A stretch of 64,000 nucleotides of DNA from Escherichia coli (GTDB taxonomy: Bacteria > Pseudomonadota > Gammaproteobacteria > Enterobacterales > Enterobacteriaceae), in the NCBI RefSeq assembly GCF_045037415.1, contig NZ_CP173438.1; one strand, given 5' to 3'. Made by a program: the position numbers and the translations under genes. Positions 25,544-38,144 of the stretch are shown in pieces. Under the pieces are notes generated by a model. That model saw nothing but the letters and a program-made list of their open reading frames with translations, ran no database searches and was not told where the DNA came from. The first letter of the stretch is position 1. The number at the start of each line of letters is the position of its first letter.

Positions 25544-26509
25544 ATGAAGCAGCAGGCAGGCATTGGCATTCTTTTGGCGCTCACCACAGCAATTTGCTGG
25601 GGGGCGTTGCCAATCGCAATGAAGCAGGTGCTGGAGGTGATGGAACCTCCGACAATCGTGTTTTACCGTTTCTTGATGGCGAGTATTGGCCTTGGTGCCA
25701 TTCTTGCGGTGAAGAAGCGGTTGCCGCCATTACGCGTGTTTCGTAAGCCACGCTGGTTGATTTTGTTAGCAGTGGCGACCGCCGGGCTGTTTGGGAACTT
25801 CATCCTGTTCAGCTCATCCTTGCAATACCTGAGTCCGACCGCTTCGCAGGTGATTGGGCAACTCTCGCCAGTTGGCATGATGGTTGCCAGCGTATTTATC
25901 CTGAAAGAGAAAATGCGCAGTACTCAGGTTGTAGGGGCATTGATGCTCCTGAGCGGCCTGGTGATGTTTTTTAACACCAGTCTGGTCGAGATATTTACAA
26001 AGCTCACCGATTACACCTGGGGAGTTATCTTTGGGGTCGGTGCGGCGACGGTTTGGGTGAGTTATGGCGTGGCGCAAAAGGTTTTATTGCGTCGGCTGGC
26101 CTCACCGCAGATCCTGTTTTTGCTGTACACTTTATGTACAATTGCGCTCTTCCCTCTGGCAAATCCTGGAGTGATAGCGCAGCTTAGCCACTGGCAGCTC
26201 GCCTGTTTAATTTTTTGCGGACTGAATACATTGGTAGGATATGGCGCCCTGGCGGAAGCGATGGCTCGCTGGCAGGCAGCGCAGGTGAGCGCGATCATCA
26301 CGCTCACCCCACTGTTTACGCTGTTTTTTTCAGATCTTTTATCACTGGCCTGGCCCGATTTCTTCGCCAGACCGATGTTAAACCTTTTAGGTTATCTCGG
26401 TGCGTTTGTCGTGGTTGCGGGCGCGATGTATTCCGCCATTGGTCATCGTATTTGGGGCGGATTACGTAAGCATACAACGGTGGTATCGCAACCCCGCGCA
26501 GGCGAATGA
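25544..26509 (+). CDS. yhbE: EamA-family (DMT) inner membrane transporter YhbE
   Basis: 321 aa, about 10 TM segments. Matches YhbE. Confidence 0.93.
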   Translation: MKQQAGIGILLALTTAICWGALPIAMKQVLEVMEPPTIVFYRFLMASIGLGAILAVKKRLPPLRVFRKPRWLILLAVATAGLFGNFILFSSSLQYLSPTASQVIGQLSPVGMMVASVFILKEKMRSTQVVGALMLLSGLVMFFNTSLVEIFTKLTDYTWGVIFGVGAATVWVSYGVAQKVLLRRLASPQILFLLYTLCTIALFPLANPGVIAQLSHWQLACLIFCGLNTLVGYGALAEAMARWQAAQVSAIITLTPLFTLFFSDLLSLAWPDFFARPMLNLLGYLGAFVVVAGAMYSAIGHRIWGGLRKHTTVVSQPRAGE

Positions 26510-27697
<1,188 letters not shown>

Positions 27698-27703
27698 TCA
27701 GCA

Positions 27704-27728
27704 AAACCCCGGCCATGTGCCGGGGTTT
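27704..27728. terminator. bidirectional intrinsic terminator between convergent obgE and dacB
   Basis: 10-bp stem AAACCCCGGC/GCCGGGGTTT with loop CATGT. T-rich tracts follow on both strands. Confidence 0.8.
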
Positions 27729-27737
27729 CTCTTTAGG

Positions 27738-29171
27738 CTAATTATTCTGATAAATATCTTTATACAAACGGCTTTCAAAACGCACTAACGGAATACGGCG
27801 ATTACGCTGATCCGCCGGTTCTACTGCATAGCCAGAAAGATATTGCACAAACGCCATTCGTTGCCCGCTCGCTGTGGTAATGAATCCCGCCAGGTTATAT
27901 ACCCCCTGCAACGAACCGGTTTTCGCTGAGACTTTTCCATCCACGCCCGCCTGATGCAGACCTGCACGGTACTGCAAAGAGCCGTCATAGCCCGCCAGCG
28001 GCAGCATGGAGATAAAGTTAAGTTCATTGTCGTGTTGGGCAATATATTGCAGCACCTGCATCATGGTGGCGGGGGCAATCAGGTTATGCCGCGAAAGCCC
28101 TGAACCATCGGCAATAATGGTGTTTCCGATATCGACACCGGCTTGCTGGCGCAGGATCTGACGCACGGCGTCCGATCCGGCCCGCCATGTTCCAGGCACA
28201 TTGAAGCGCGCATGGCCGATCATGCGGAAAACCGTATCGGCAATCATGTTGTCCGACTTTTTCAGCATAATCTTAAGCAGATCGTGCAGCGGGGCCGACT
28301 GTTTACTGGCAACTACCGTTCCAGGTTCGTTAACCTGAGTCTGGCGCAGCAGTGTTCCGCTCCAGGCGATACCCGCCTGTTTTAACTCATCTTTCAGAAT
28401 TGCCCCGGCATAGCTGGCACCATCCTGCACGGCAAAAGCCAACGGGAGCGGCTCAGAACGTTGTGGCAGGCATCCCGTTAGCGTAAAGCGGTTCAGGTCA
28501 CCTGGTACGACATCCAGTTCGCAGTATTGCGCTTCGGCAGAACCACGGGGGAGGGTGCGTACCTGGCTGAACATCGTAACGGGGTAATAAGATGCCACGC
28601 GTATAAAAGCCATATCACCAGGTTTTGGGGCACTGTAGAGCGAGACGGAGAAACAGTTGCGGTCAACTATGGCGGCGGCAGGCGGTGCGCTAAAGCATTG
28701 TGTCATGTCATTCCATGGCCAGCCGGGGGCTTTATCGTGGCTGGCGAAAATGGAGGTATCTATCAACACATTGCCATCGATTTGGTTGACGCCAGATTTT
28801 TTCAAAGTCGTGACCATATTGCGAATATCCTGACGTTTTAACGTCGGATCGGCACCAAATCGCGCAACTAAGTCACCCTTAAGTACGCCGTTTTCCACAT
28901 TGCCTTTGGTTTCAAGCGTCGTGGTAAAACGAAAATCGGGGCCGAGTTGAATCAACGCCGCCAGCGCAGTAATCACTTTCTGCGTACTGGCGGGTAGCGC
29001 CATCTGCTGACTGTGGTAATCAATAGCGGGGGCCGACGCGCCGACTTTTTGCACCATCAGGGCAAGGTTGGCACCTGCGGGGAGTTGAGTAATGTACTCA
29101 TCAACATTTGCGGCCTGAACACTGAACGCTATACAGCTGGTCAATCCGATGATAAATCTGGAAAATCGCAT
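27738..29171 (-). CDS. dacB: D-alanyl-D-alanine carboxypeptidase/endopeptidase PBP4
   Basis: 477 aa. Signal peptide, SxxK (STQK), SDN and KTG motifs. Confidence 0.97.
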   Translation of the reverse strand: MRFSRFIIGLTSCIAFSVQAANVDEYITQLPAGANLALMVQKVGASAPAIDYHSQQMALPASTQKVITALAALIQLGPDFRFTTTLETKGNVENGVLKGDLVARFGADPTLKRQDIRNMVTTLKKSGVNQIDGNVLIDTSIFASHDKAPGWPWNDMTQCFSAPPAAAIVDRNCFSVSLYSAPKPGDMAFIRVASYYPVTMFSQVRTLPRGSAEAQYCELDVVPGDLNRFTLTGCLPQRSEPLPLAFAVQDGASYAGAILKDELKQAGIAWSGTLLRQTQVNEPGTVVASKQSAPLHDLLKIMLKKSDNMIADTVFRMIGHARFNVPGTWRAGSDAVRQILRQQAGVDIGNTIIADGSGLSRHNLIAPATMMQVLQYIAQHDNELNFISMLPLAGYDGSLQYRAGLHQAGVDGKVSAKTGSLQGVYNLAGFITTASGQRMAFVQYLSGYAVEPADQRNRRIPLVRFESRLYKDIYQNN

Positions 29172-29247
29172 AATCTCGCGCTAACAACCTGGAATCGAGC
29201 CGTCATACTACGGCGCAACGCCCTATAAAGTAAACGATGACCCTTCG

Positions 29248-29275
29248 GGAACTCCAGGGTAAAATGACTATCAAA
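29248..29275 (+). promoter_or_regulatory. sigma-E type promoter of greA
   Basis: GGAACTC-N16-TCAAA matches the sigma-E consensus. An overlapping TAAAAT (29260..29265) is a possible sigma-70 -10. Positions were checked against the overlapping track ORF frame. Confidence 0.55.
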
Positions 29276-29290
29276 ATGTGAATTGTAGCT

Positions 29291-29324
29291 GACCTGGGAC
29301 TTGTACCCGGGTCGGTATTTTTTT
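29291..29324 (+). terminator. greA leader terminator (source of GraL short transcripts)
   Basis: GACCTGGG-ACTTGTA-CCCGGGTC hairpin (one G-U pair) followed by T7, about 95 nt upstream of the greA ATG. Confidence 0.7.
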
Positions 29325-29418
29325 GCTTCTGGTCCCGGTGAGGAGTTATGCCGGGCAGGCCGAACAGCCGGGGTGGGTGAAGACTTGCCCCATCAGGAAT
29401 ATTCAAGAGGTATAACAA

Positions 29419-29895
<477 letters not shown>

Positions 29896-29940
29896 GAATT
29901 ACCCAATACTCAAGATGTTGATGTATTGTAAAGAAAGGAA

Positions 29941-29962
29941 AAAGGCCGCTATGCGGCCTTTT
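29941..29962. terminator. intrinsic terminator after greA (possibly bidirectional with yhbY)
   Basis: AAAGGCCGC-TAT-GCGGCCTTT followed by T's. An A/T-rich run on the other side gives a U-tract for the minus strand. Confidence 0.7.
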
Positions 29963-30050
29963 ATCAACGAACAGAGCGTGGCATTTTGCTCTCCTGCCTG
30001 CGGAAAACCCCTCGTTTTACACAGCGAATGTGTGTAACTTTAGGATAATC

Positions 30051-30344
30051 TTAGCGTGGCAGCGAGATTTTACGTTCTTTAGTTGGGCGATAAAGCACCA
30101 GCGTTTTACCGATGACCTGTACATTACAGGCGCCGGTTTCGCGCACGATAGCTTCCACGATCAAGGTTTTAGTTTCGCGATCTTCGGTGGCGATTTTCAC
30201 CTTGATGAGTTCATGGTGCTCTAACGCTTGTTCAATCTCGGCCAGCACCCCTTCGGTCAAACCATTACTGCCAAGCAGAACAACTGGCTTGAGCGGATGT
30301 GCCAGACCTTTCAGGTGCTGTTTTTGTTTAGTACTCAGATTCAT
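30051..30344 (-). CDS. yhbY: CRM-domain ribosome assembly RNA-binding protein YhbY
   Basis: 97 aa, MNLSTKQKQHLKGLAHPLKPVVLLGSNGLTEGVLAEIEQAL... Confidence 0.95.
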   Translation of the reverse strand: MNLSTKQKQHLKGLAHPLKPVVLLGSNGLTEGVLAEIEQALEHHELIKVKIATEDRETKTLIVEAIVRETGACNVQVIGKTLVLYRPTKERKISLPR

Positions 30345-30469
30345 CGTATTTTTTGCTTACGTTGGGATTGAAAACGGGTCATTCTACCGCCATCTCCCAT
30401 ATATCACCAAATAGGCGCGTAAAAATTTACGCAATTGGTTACGATGAGTTATCCCCATGGGAAAGTTAA

Positions 30470-31099
30470 ATGACAGGTAAGAAGCGTTCTGCCAGCTCCA
30501 GCCGCTGGCTTCAGGAACACTTTAGCGATAAATATGTTCAACAGGCACAGAAAAAGGGGTTACGTTCCCGTGCCTGGTTTAAACTTGATGAAATACAGCA
30601 AAGTGACAAACTCTTTAAACCGGGAATGACGGTTGTCGACCTTGGTGCTGCTCCGGGTGGTTGGTCACAATATGTGGTCACCCAAATTGGCGGCAAAGGC
30701 CGCATCATCGCTTGCGATCTTTTACCTATGGATCCTATCGTTGGTGTGGACTTTCTTCAGGGCGATTTTCGTGATGAACTGGTGATGAAAGCACTGCTGG
30801 AGCGCGTTGGCGACAGCAAAGTCCAGGTTGTCATGTCCGATATGGCACCAAACATGAGCGGAACACCGGCGGTGGATATCCCCCGTGCCATGTATCTGGT
30901 GGAACTGGCGCTAGAAATGTGTCGTGATGTATTAGCGCCAGGTGGCAGTTTTGTAGTGAAGGTGTTCCAGGGCGAAGGTTTCGATGAGTATCTAAGGGAA
31001 ATTCGCTCCCTGTTTACGAAGGTCAAAGTTCGTAAGCCGGACTCTTCTCGTGCACGTTCGCGGGAAGTGTATATTGTAGCGACCGGGCGTAAACCCTAA
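30470..31099 (+). CDS. rlmE: 23S rRNA U2552 2'-O-methyltransferase
   Basis: 209 aa. SAM-binding motif DLGAAPGGW. Matches RlmE (FtsJ/RrmJ). Confidence 0.97.
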
Positions 31100-31198
31100 C
31101 CGGGAGATTTCAGACGAAAGTTTGAAAGATGCTGGATATAGAGTATCCTGACGCTGTTTTTAACACAGTTGTAATAAGAGGTTAATCCCTTGAGTGAC

Positions 31199-33133
31199 AT
31201 GGCGAAAAACCTAATACTCTGGCTGGTCATTGCCGTTGTGCTGATGTCAGTATTCCAGAGCTTTGGGCCCAGCGAGTCTAATGGCCGTAAGGTGGATTAC
31301 TCTACCTTCCTACAAGAGGTCAATAACGACCAGGTTCGTGAAGCGCGTATCAACGGACGTGAAATCAACGTTACCAAGAAAGATAGTAACCGTTATACCA
31401 CTTACATTCCGGTTCAGGATCCGAAATTACTGGATAACCTGTTGACCAAGAACGTCAAGGTTGTCGGTGAACCGCCTGAAGAACCAAGCCTGCTGGCTTC
31501 TATCTTCATCTCCTGGTTCCCGATGCTGTTGCTGATTGGTGTCTGGATCTTCTTCATGCGTCAAATGCAGGGCGGCGGTGGCAAAGGTGCCATGTCGTTT
31601 GGTAAGAGCAAAGCGCGCATGCTGACGGAAGATCAGATCAAAACCACCTTTGCTGACGTTGCGGGCTGCGACGAAGCAAAAGAAGAAGTTGCTGAACTGG
31701 TTGAGTATCTGCGTGAGCCGAGCCGCTTCCAGAAACTCGGCGGTAAGATCCCGAAAGGCGTCCTGATGGTAGGTCCTCCGGGTACCGGTAAAACGTTGCT
31801 GGCGAAAGCAATTGCAGGCGAAGCGAAAGTTCCGTTCTTTACTATCTCCGGTTCTGACTTCGTAGAAATGTTCGTCGGTGTGGGTGCATCCCGTGTTCGT
31901 GACATGTTCGAACAGGCGAAGAAAGCGGCACCGTGCATCATCTTTATCGATGAAATCGACGCCGTAGGCCGCCAGCGCGGCGCAGGCTTGGGCGGTGGTC
32001 ACGATGAACGTGAACAGACTCTGAACCAGATGCTGGTTGAGATGGATGGTTTTGAAGGTAACGAAGGTATCATCGTTATCGCTGCGACTAACCGTCCGGA
32101 CGTTCTCGACCCAGCCCTGCTGCGTCCTGGCCGTTTCGACCGTCAGGTTGTGGTTGGCTTGCCAGATGTTCGCGGTCGTGAGCAGATCCTGAAAGTTCAC
32201 ATGCGTCGCGTACCATTGGCACCCGATATCGACGCGGCAATCATTGCCCGTGGTACTCCTGGTTTCTCCGGTGCTGACCTGGCGAACCTGGTGAACGAAG
32301 CGGCACTGTTCGCTGCTCGTGGCAACAAACGCGTTGTTTCGATGGTTGAGTTCGAGAAAGCGAAAGACAAAATCATGATGGGTGCGGAACGTCGCTCCAT
32401 GGTGATGACGGAAGCGCAGAAAGAATCGACGGCTTACCACGAGGCGGGTCATGCGATTATCGGTCGCCTGGTGCCGGAACACGATCCGGTGCACAAAGTG
32501 ACGATTATCCCACGCGGTCGTGCGCTGGGTGTGACTTTCTTCTTGCCTGAGGGCGACGCAATCAGCGCCAGCCGTCAGAAACTGGAAAGTCAGATCTCCA
32601 CGCTGTACGGTGGTCGTCTGGCGGAAGAGATCATCTACGGACCGGAACATGTTTCTACCGGGGCGTCCAACGATATTAAAGTTGCGACCAACCTGGCACG
32701 TAACATGGTGACCCAGTGGGGCTTCTCTGAGAAATTGGGTCCACTGCTGTACGCGGAAGAAGAAGGTGAAGTGTTCCTCGGCCGTAGCGTAGCGAAAGCG
32801 AAACATATGTCCGATGAAACTGCACGTATCATCGACCAGGAAGTGAAAGCACTGATTGAGCGTAACTATAATCGTGCGCGTCAGCTTCTGACCGACAATA
32901 TGGATATTCTGCATGCGATGAAAGATGCTCTCATGAAATATGAGACTATCGACGCACCGCAGATTGATGACCTGATGGCACGTCGCGATGTACGTCCGCC
33001 AGCGGGCTGGGAAGAACCAGGCGCTTCTAACAATTCTGGCGACAATGGTAGTCCAAAGGCTCCTCGTCCGGTTGATGAACCGCGTACGCCGAACCCGGGT
33101 AACACCATGTCAGAGCAGTTAGGCGACAAGTAA
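31199..33133 (+). CDS. ftsH: ATP-dependent zinc metalloprotease FtsH
   Basis: Track ORF begins at TTG 31190. ATG 31199 gives [19 protein letters not shown]... Walker A GPPGTGKT, Zn site HEAGH. Confidence 0.96.
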
Positions 33134-33164
33134 GTTCCCGTATCAGATGACTGTATTTGTACCG

Positions 33165-33195
33165 AAAACCCCGGGGCGTGCTCCGGGGTTTTTTC
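33165..33195 (+). terminator. intrinsic terminator after ftsH
   Basis: AAAACCCCGG-GGCGTGCT-CCGGGGTTTT plus a T-run. Positions were checked against track ORF 33157. Confidence 0.8.
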
Positions 33196-33222
33196 TTATC
33201 AATTCATACCAGGGATAACATC

Positions 33223-34071
33223 ATGAAACTCTTTGCCCAGGGTACTTCACTGGACCTTAGCCATCCTCACGTAATGGGGATCCTCAACGTCACGCCTGAT
33301 TCCTTTTCGGATGGTGGCACGCATAACTCGCTGTTAGATGCGGTGAAACATGCGAATCTGATGATCAACGCTGGCGCGACGATCATTGACGTTGGTGGCG
33401 AGTCCACGCGCCCAGGGGCGGCGGAAGTTTGCGTTGAAGAAGAGTTGCAACGTGTTATTCCTGTGGTTGAGGCAATTGCTCAACGCTTCGAAGTCTGGAT
33501 CTCGGTAGATACATCCAAACCAGAAGTCATCCGTGAGTCAGCGAAAGTTGGCGCTCACATTATTAACGATATCCGCTCCCTTTCCGAACCTGGTGCTCTG
33601 GAGGCGGCTGCAGAAACCGGTTTACCGGTTTGTCTGATGCATATGCAGGGAAATCCAAAAACCATGCAGGAAGCGCCGAAGTATGACGATGTCTTTGCAG
33701 AAGTGAATCGCTACTTTATTGAGCAAATAGCACGTTGCGAGCAGGCGGGTATCGCAAAAGAGAAATTGTTGCTCGACCCCGGATTCGGTTTCGGTAAAAA
33801 TCTCTCCCATAACTATTCATTACTGGCGCGCCTGGCTGAATTTCACCATTTCAACCTGCCGCTGTTGGTGGGTATGTCACGAAAATCGATGATTGGGCAA
33901 TTGCTGAACGTGGGGCCGTCCGAGCGCCTGAGCGGTAGTCTGGCCTGTGCGGTCATTGCCGCAATGCAAGGCGCGCACATCATTCGTGTTCATGACGTCA
34001 AAGAAACCGTAGAAGCGATGCGGGTGGTGGAAGCCACTCTGTCTGCAAAGGAAAACAAACGCTATGAGTAA
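33223..34071 (+). CDS. folP: dihydropteroate synthase
   Basis: Track ORF trimmed to ATG 33223 ([32 protein letters not shown]...), 282 aa. Confidence 0.96.
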   Translation: MKLFAQGTSLDLSHPHVMGILNVTPDSFSDGGTHNSLLDAVKHANLMINAGATIIDVGGESTRPGAAEVCVEEELQRVIPVVEAIAQRFEVWISVDTSKPEVIRESAKVGAHIINDIRSLSEPGALEAAAETGLPVCLMHMQGNPKTMQEAPKYDDVFAEVNRYFIEQIARCEQAGIAKEKLLLDPGFGFGKNLSHNYSLLARLAEFHHFNLPLLVGMSRKSMIGQLLNVGPSERLSGSLACAVIAAMQGAHIIRVHDVKETVEAMRVVEATLSAKENKRYE

Positions 34072-35401
34072 TCGTAAATATTTCGGTACCGATGGGATTC
34101 GTGGTCGTGTAGGGGATGCGCCGATCACACCTGATTTTGTGCTTAAGCTGGGTTGGGCCGCGGGTAAAGTGCTGGCGCGCCACGGCTCTCGTAAGATTAT
34201 TATTGGTAAAGACACGCGTATTTCTGGCTATATGCTGGAGTCAGCACTGGAAGCGGGTCTTGCGGCTGCCGGTCTTTCCGCGCTCTTCACTGGCCCGATG
34301 CCAACACCGGCCGTGGCTTATCTGACGCGTACCTTCCGCGCAGAGGCTGGAATTGTAATTTCTGCATCGCATAACCCATTCTACGATAACGGCATTAAAT
34401 TCTTTTCTATTGACGGTACTAAGCTGCCGGATGCAGTTGAAGAAGCCATCGAAGCGGAAATGGAAAAAGAGATCAGCTGTGTTGATTCGGCAGAACTGGG
34501 TAAAGCCAGCCGTATCGTTGATGCCGCGGGTCGTTATATCGAGTTTTGCAAAGCCACGTTCCCGAACGAACTTAGCCTCAGTGAACTGAAGATTGTGGTG
34601 GATTGTGCAAACGGTGCGACTTATCACATCGCACCGAACGTGCTGCGTGAACTGGGGGCGAACGTTATCGCTATCGGTTGTGAGCCGAACGGTGTAAATA
34701 TCAATGCCGAAGTGGGGGCTACCGACGTTCGCGCGCTCCAGGCTCGTGTGCTGGCTGAAAAAGCGGATCTCGGTATTGCCTTCGACGGCGACGGCGATCG
34801 CGTGATTATGGTTGACCATGAAGGCAATAAAGTCGATGGCGATCAGATCATGTATATCATCGCGCGTGAAGGTCTTCGTCAGGGCCAGCTGCGTGGTGGT
34901 GCTGTGGGTACATTGATGAGCAACATGGGGCTTGAACTGGCGCTGAAACAGTTAGGTATTCCATTTGCGCGCGCGAAAGTGGGTGACCGCTACGTACTGG
35001 AAAAAATGCAGGAGAAAGGCTGGCGTATCGGTGCAGAGAACTCCGGTCATGTGATCCTGCTGGATAAAACCACTACCGGTGACGGCATTGTTGCTGGCTT
35101 GCAGGTGCTGGCGGCGATGGCGCGTAACCATATGAGCCTGCACGACCTTTGCAGCGGCATGAAAATGTTCCCGCAGATTCTGGTTAATGTGCGTTACACC
35201 GCAGGTAGCGGCGATCCGTTGGAGCATGAATCAGTCAAAGCTGTGACCGCAGAAGTTGAAGCGGCGCTGGGTAGCCGTGGACGTGTGCTGTTGCGTAAAT
35301 CCGGCACCGAACCGTTAATTCGCGTGATGGTGGAAGGCGAAGACGAAGCGCAGGTGACTGAATTTGCACACCGCATCGCCGATGCAGTAAAAGCCGTTTA
35401 A
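34064..35401 (+). CDS. glmM: phosphoglucosamine mutase
   Basis: 445 aa. Phosphoserine loop SASHNP. The start overlaps the folP 3' end by 8 nt. Confidence 0.98.
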   Translation: MSNRKYFGTDGIRGRVGDAPITPDFVLKLGWAAGKVLARHGSRKIIIGKDTRISGYMLESALEAGLAAAGLSALFTGPMPTPAVAYLTRTFRAEAGIVISASHNPFYDNGIKFFSIDGTKLPDAVEEAIEAEMEKEISCVDSAELGKASRIVDAAGRYIEFCKATFPNELSLSELKIVVDCANGATYHIAPNVLRELGANVIAIGCEPNGVNINAEVGATDVRALQARVLAEKADLGIAFDGDGDRVIMVDHEGNKVDGDQIMYIIAREGLRQGQLRGGAVGTLMSNMGLELALKQLGIPFARAKVGDRYVLEKMQEKGWRIGAENSGHVILLDKTTTGDGIVAGLQVLAAMARNHMSLHDLCSGMKMFPQILVNVRYTAGSGDPLEHESVKAVTAEVEAALGSRGRVLLRKSGTEPLIRVMVEGEDEAQVTEFAHRIADAVKAV

Positions 35402-35420
35402 AACGATAAATGGCTGGCTA

Positions 35421-35447
35421 AAAAGGCGGCGATTGTCGCCTTTTTTC
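35421..35447 (+). terminator. intrinsic terminator after glmM
   Basis: AAAAGGCG-GCGATTGT-CGCCTTTT followed by a T-run. Confidence 0.7.
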
Positions 35448-35465
35448 TCAGCGAACACATCGGTT

Positions 35466-35494
35466 TTGCTGTTTTTTTCCGCAGTTGATACAAT
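35466..35494 (+). promoter_or_regulatory. candidate promoter of secG-leuU
   Basis: -35 TTGCTG (35466..35471), 17-bp spacer, extended -10 TGATACAAT (-10 hexamer TACAAT at 35489..35494). Confidence 0.4.
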
Positions 35495-35628
35495 GCAATA
35501 AAATTGCCCTTGCGAAGGTCATTCGCTTTGGTTAGTATTCACACCCGCTTCAGTGGGAAAGGTTAAATATTCCCGCTTTATTGGTTGAAGCATTGGTACG
35601 CGGCAACTCCGCAAGGAACAGGTTGATT

Positions 35629-35961
35629 ATGTACGAAGCTCTTTTAGTAGTTTTCCTTATTGTGGCAATTGGCCTTGTTGGTCTGATCATGCTGCAGCAA
35701 GGTAAAGGCGCTGATATGGGAGCCTCCTTCGGAGCAGGCGCTTCCGCTACGCTGTTTGGTTCAAGTGGTTCTGGTAACTTCATGACTCGCATGACGGCGC
35801 TGCTGGCAACGTTATTCTTCATCATCAGTCTGGTGCTGGGTAACATCAATAGCAACAAAACCAATAAAGGTAGCGAATGGGAAAACCTGAGTGCGCCGGC
35901 GAAAACCGAACAAACTCAGCCAGCTGCTCCGGCTAAGCCGACCAGCGATATCCCGAACTAA
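35629..35961 (+). CDS. secG: preprotein translocase subunit SecG
   Basis: Track ORF (TTG 35581) trimmed to ATG 35629 (MYEALLVVFLIVAIGLVGLIMLQQGKGADMG...), 110 aa. Confidence 0.96.
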   Translation: MYEALLVVFLIVAIGLVGLIMLQQGKGADMGASFGAGASATLFGSSGSGNFMTRMTALLATLFFIISLVLGNINSNKTNKGSEWENLSAPAKTEQTQPAAPAKPTSDIPN

Positions 35962-35975
35962 AAAGTAGTATCCGT

Positions 35976-36062
35976 GCCGAGGTGGTGGAATTGGTAGACA
36001 CGCTACCTTGAGGTGGTAGTGCCCAATAGGGCTTACGGGTTCAAGTCCCGTCCTCGGTACCA
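35976..36062 (+). tRNA. leuU: tRNA-Leu (anticodon GAG)
   Basis: 87 nt, GCCGAGGTGGTGGAATTGGTAGACACGCTACCTTGAGGTGGTAG...GGGTTCAAGTCCCGTCCTCGGTACCA. Long variable arm, encoded CCA, 14 nt after the secG stop. Confidence 0.97.
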
Positions 36063-36070
36063 AATTCCAG

Positions 36071-36096
36071 AAAGACGCTGAAAAGCGTCTTTTTTC
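36071..36096 (+). terminator. intrinsic terminator of secG-leuU
   Basis: AAAGACGCT-GAAA-AGCGTCTTT (GNRA loop) followed by T-rich sequence. Confidence 0.85.
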
Positions 36097-36518
36097 GTTT
36101 TGGTCCTGGTCTGAGGAATGGTTGTCAGGTATCTGTATCTCGTCCAGTTGTTTTACTCGTAGCTGGTACCTTGAAACGATGGTGCCGGTATGCCTTAGTT
36201 ATAAGCTTTTCCCTTCTGCTGACATAATTGGCACTTTATTGTGTCAACTCCATTTCCGGTACGAATACGGATATGTTTACTTCTCGATAAACCATCCTGC
36301 CCCTGTCAGTATAACTACTGATGGCTACGTTCTGCGTAATGTTTAGAGACGCATTGATAATGTTATTTAATTACTGAGAACGCAATGGCCGCATCATTTA
36401 AAAAGAAAAAATCTAGCAGTGTTTCGGTCTGATATGGATTAGAGTTGAAAAACATGTCTGATATAAAATTGAACATTGTTGATAATTGTTTATATTGGTT
36501 GTGAACTTGGATTTCTGG

Positions 36519-38144
36519 ATGACAGTATTCAACAAATTTGTTAAAAGTTTTAAATCTCATTGGTTGTTGTATCTTTGTGTTATTATTTTTGGTATTACGA
36601 ACTTAGTCGCTTCTTCCGGAGCGCATATGGTTCAGCGATTGCTGTTCTTCGTTCTGACCATCCTGGTTGTTAAACGTATACCATCCCTTCCGCTTCGCCT
36701 GCTTATTGCCGCACCATTTGTGTTACTGACTGCGGCAGATATGAGTATTAGCCTCTATTCATGGTGTATCTTTGGTACAACTTTCAATGATGGATTTGCG
36801 ATTAGTGTGCTGCAGAGTGATCCGGATGAAGTTGTCAAAATGCTGGGAATGTATATCCCTTATCTATGTGCTTTTGCCTTTTTATCCCTTCTTTTTTTGG
36901 CAGTAATAATAAAATATGATGTTTCCTTGCCGACAAAAAAAGTGACAGGAATATTATTGCTGATTGTCATTTCGGGCAGTTTATTTTCCGCTTGTCAATT
37001 TGCTTATAAAGATGCAAAAAATAAAGAGGCGTTCAGTCCATATATACTAGCGTCGCGATTTGCTACCTATACGCCGTTTTTCAATCTCAATTATTTTGCT
37101 TTAGCAGCGAAAGAGCATCAAAGATTACTCTCAATTGCAAACACGGTGCCGTATTTTCAATTATCAGTCAGGGATACAGGTATTGATACCTACGTGTTGA
37201 TTGTGGGGGAGTCTGTACGTGTCGACAATATGTCTTTGTATGGATATACACACTCTACGACACCGCAAGTCGAAGCACAAAGAAAGCAGATCAAACTGTT
37301 TAATCAAGCAATAAGCGGTGCACCTTACACTGCGCTGTCGGTTCCCCTTTCTTTAACTGCTGATTCTGTTTTGAGTCATGACATTCATAATTATCCGGAC
37401 AACATTATTAATATGGCTAATCAAGCAGGATTTCAGACTTTCTGGCTAAGCTCGCAATCCGCTTTTCGGCAGAATGGTACAGCAGTTACCAGTATCGCCA
37501 TGCGCGCCATGGAAACAGTCTATGTCAGAGGATTTGATGAATTGTTGTTGCCGCATTTATCGCAAGCGTTACAGCAAAAGACGCAGCAAAAGAAACTGAT
37601 TGTTCTTCATTTAAATGGAAGCCATGAACCGGCTTGTAGCGCCTATCCGCAATCCAGCGCTGTGTTTCAACCGCAGGACGATCAGGATGCCTGCTATGAC
37701 AACTCCATTCATTACACAGATAGTTTGCTAGGTCAGGTTTTTGAATTATTAAAAGATCGCCGCGCCTCGGTCATGTATTTTGCCGACCACGGCCTGGAAC
37801 GCGACCCTACGAAGAAGAACGTCTATTTTCATGGAGGCAGGGAGGCTAGCCAGCAGGCATATCATGTCCCTATGTTTATCTGGTATAGCCCCGTTCTTGG
37901 GGATGGCGTGGATCGCACAACGGAAAACAACATCTTTTCGACAGCTTACAATAATTACATTATTAATGCGTGGATGGGGGTAACAAAGCCGGAACAGCCG
38001 CAAACGCTTGAGGAAGTGATTGCACACTATAAAGGAGACTCGCGGGTTGTGGATGCAAACCATGATGTTTTCGATTATGTGATGCTCAGAAAGGAGTTTA
38101 CAGAGGATAATCAAGGTAACCCCACCCCTGAAGGGCAGGGTTGA
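36519..38144 (+). CDS. yhbX: phosphoethanolamine-transferase-family inner membrane protein YhbX (substrate unknown)
   Basis: Track ORF trimmed to ATG 36519 (MTVFNKFVKSFKSHWLLYL...), 541 aa. N-terminal TM bundle plus a C-terminal sulfatase-like domain (LIVGESVR, HLNGSH). Conspicuously AT-rich. Confidence 0.92.
   Translation: MTVFNKFVKSFKSHWLLYLCVIIFGITNLVASSGAHMVQRLLFFVLTILVVKRIPSLPLRLLIAAPFVLLTAADMSISLYSWCIFGTTFNDGFAISVLQSDPDEVVKMLGMYIPYLCAFAFLSLLFLAVIIKYDVSLPTKKVTGILLLIVISGSLFSACQFAYKDAKNKEAFSPYILASRFATYTPFFNLNYFALAAKEHQRLLSIANTVPYFQLSVRDTGIDTYVLIVGESVRVDNMSLYGYTHSTTPQVEAQRKQIKLFNQAISGAPYTALSVPLSLTADSVLSHDIHNYPDNIINMANQAGFQTFWLSSQSAFRQNGTAVTSIAMRAMETVYVRGFDELLLPHLSQALQQKTQQKKLIVLHLNGSHEPACSAYPQSSAVFQPQDDQDACYDNSIHYTDSLLGQVFELLKDRRASVMYFADHGLERDPTKKNVYFHGGREASQQAYHVPMFIWYSPVLGDGVDRTTENNIFSTAYNNYIINAWMGVTKPEQPQTLEEVIAHYKGDSRVVDANHDVFDYVMLRKEFTEDNQGNPTPEGQG

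Noticed and set aside
30368-30402. Possible sigma-32 heat-shock promoter for rlmE-ftsH (TTGAAA ... CTCCCATATA)
   Set aside because: The spacer between the TTGAA and CCCAT elements is about 21 bp, versus the 13-15 bp required. A second CCCCAT at about 30453 is too close to the rlmE ATG. I could not place the known heat-shock promoter with confidence, so it is not reported.
35812-36063. ORFs overlapping the tRNA genes (35812..36063 opposite leuU; 39581..39943 and 39721..39930 across metY and its promoters)
   Set aside because: They are read-through of structured tRNA and promoter sequence. The tRNA assignments fully explain these bases.
36122-36346. 74-aa ORF (non-ATG start) and an opposing 65-aa ORF (36363..36560) in the leuU-yhbX spacer
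   Set aside because: No SD, Cys/Ser/Tyr-rich composition without a recognisable domain, and they occur in AT-rich sequence where random ORFs of this size are common. I also looked for integrase remnants or a repeat of the tRNA 3' end and saw none.
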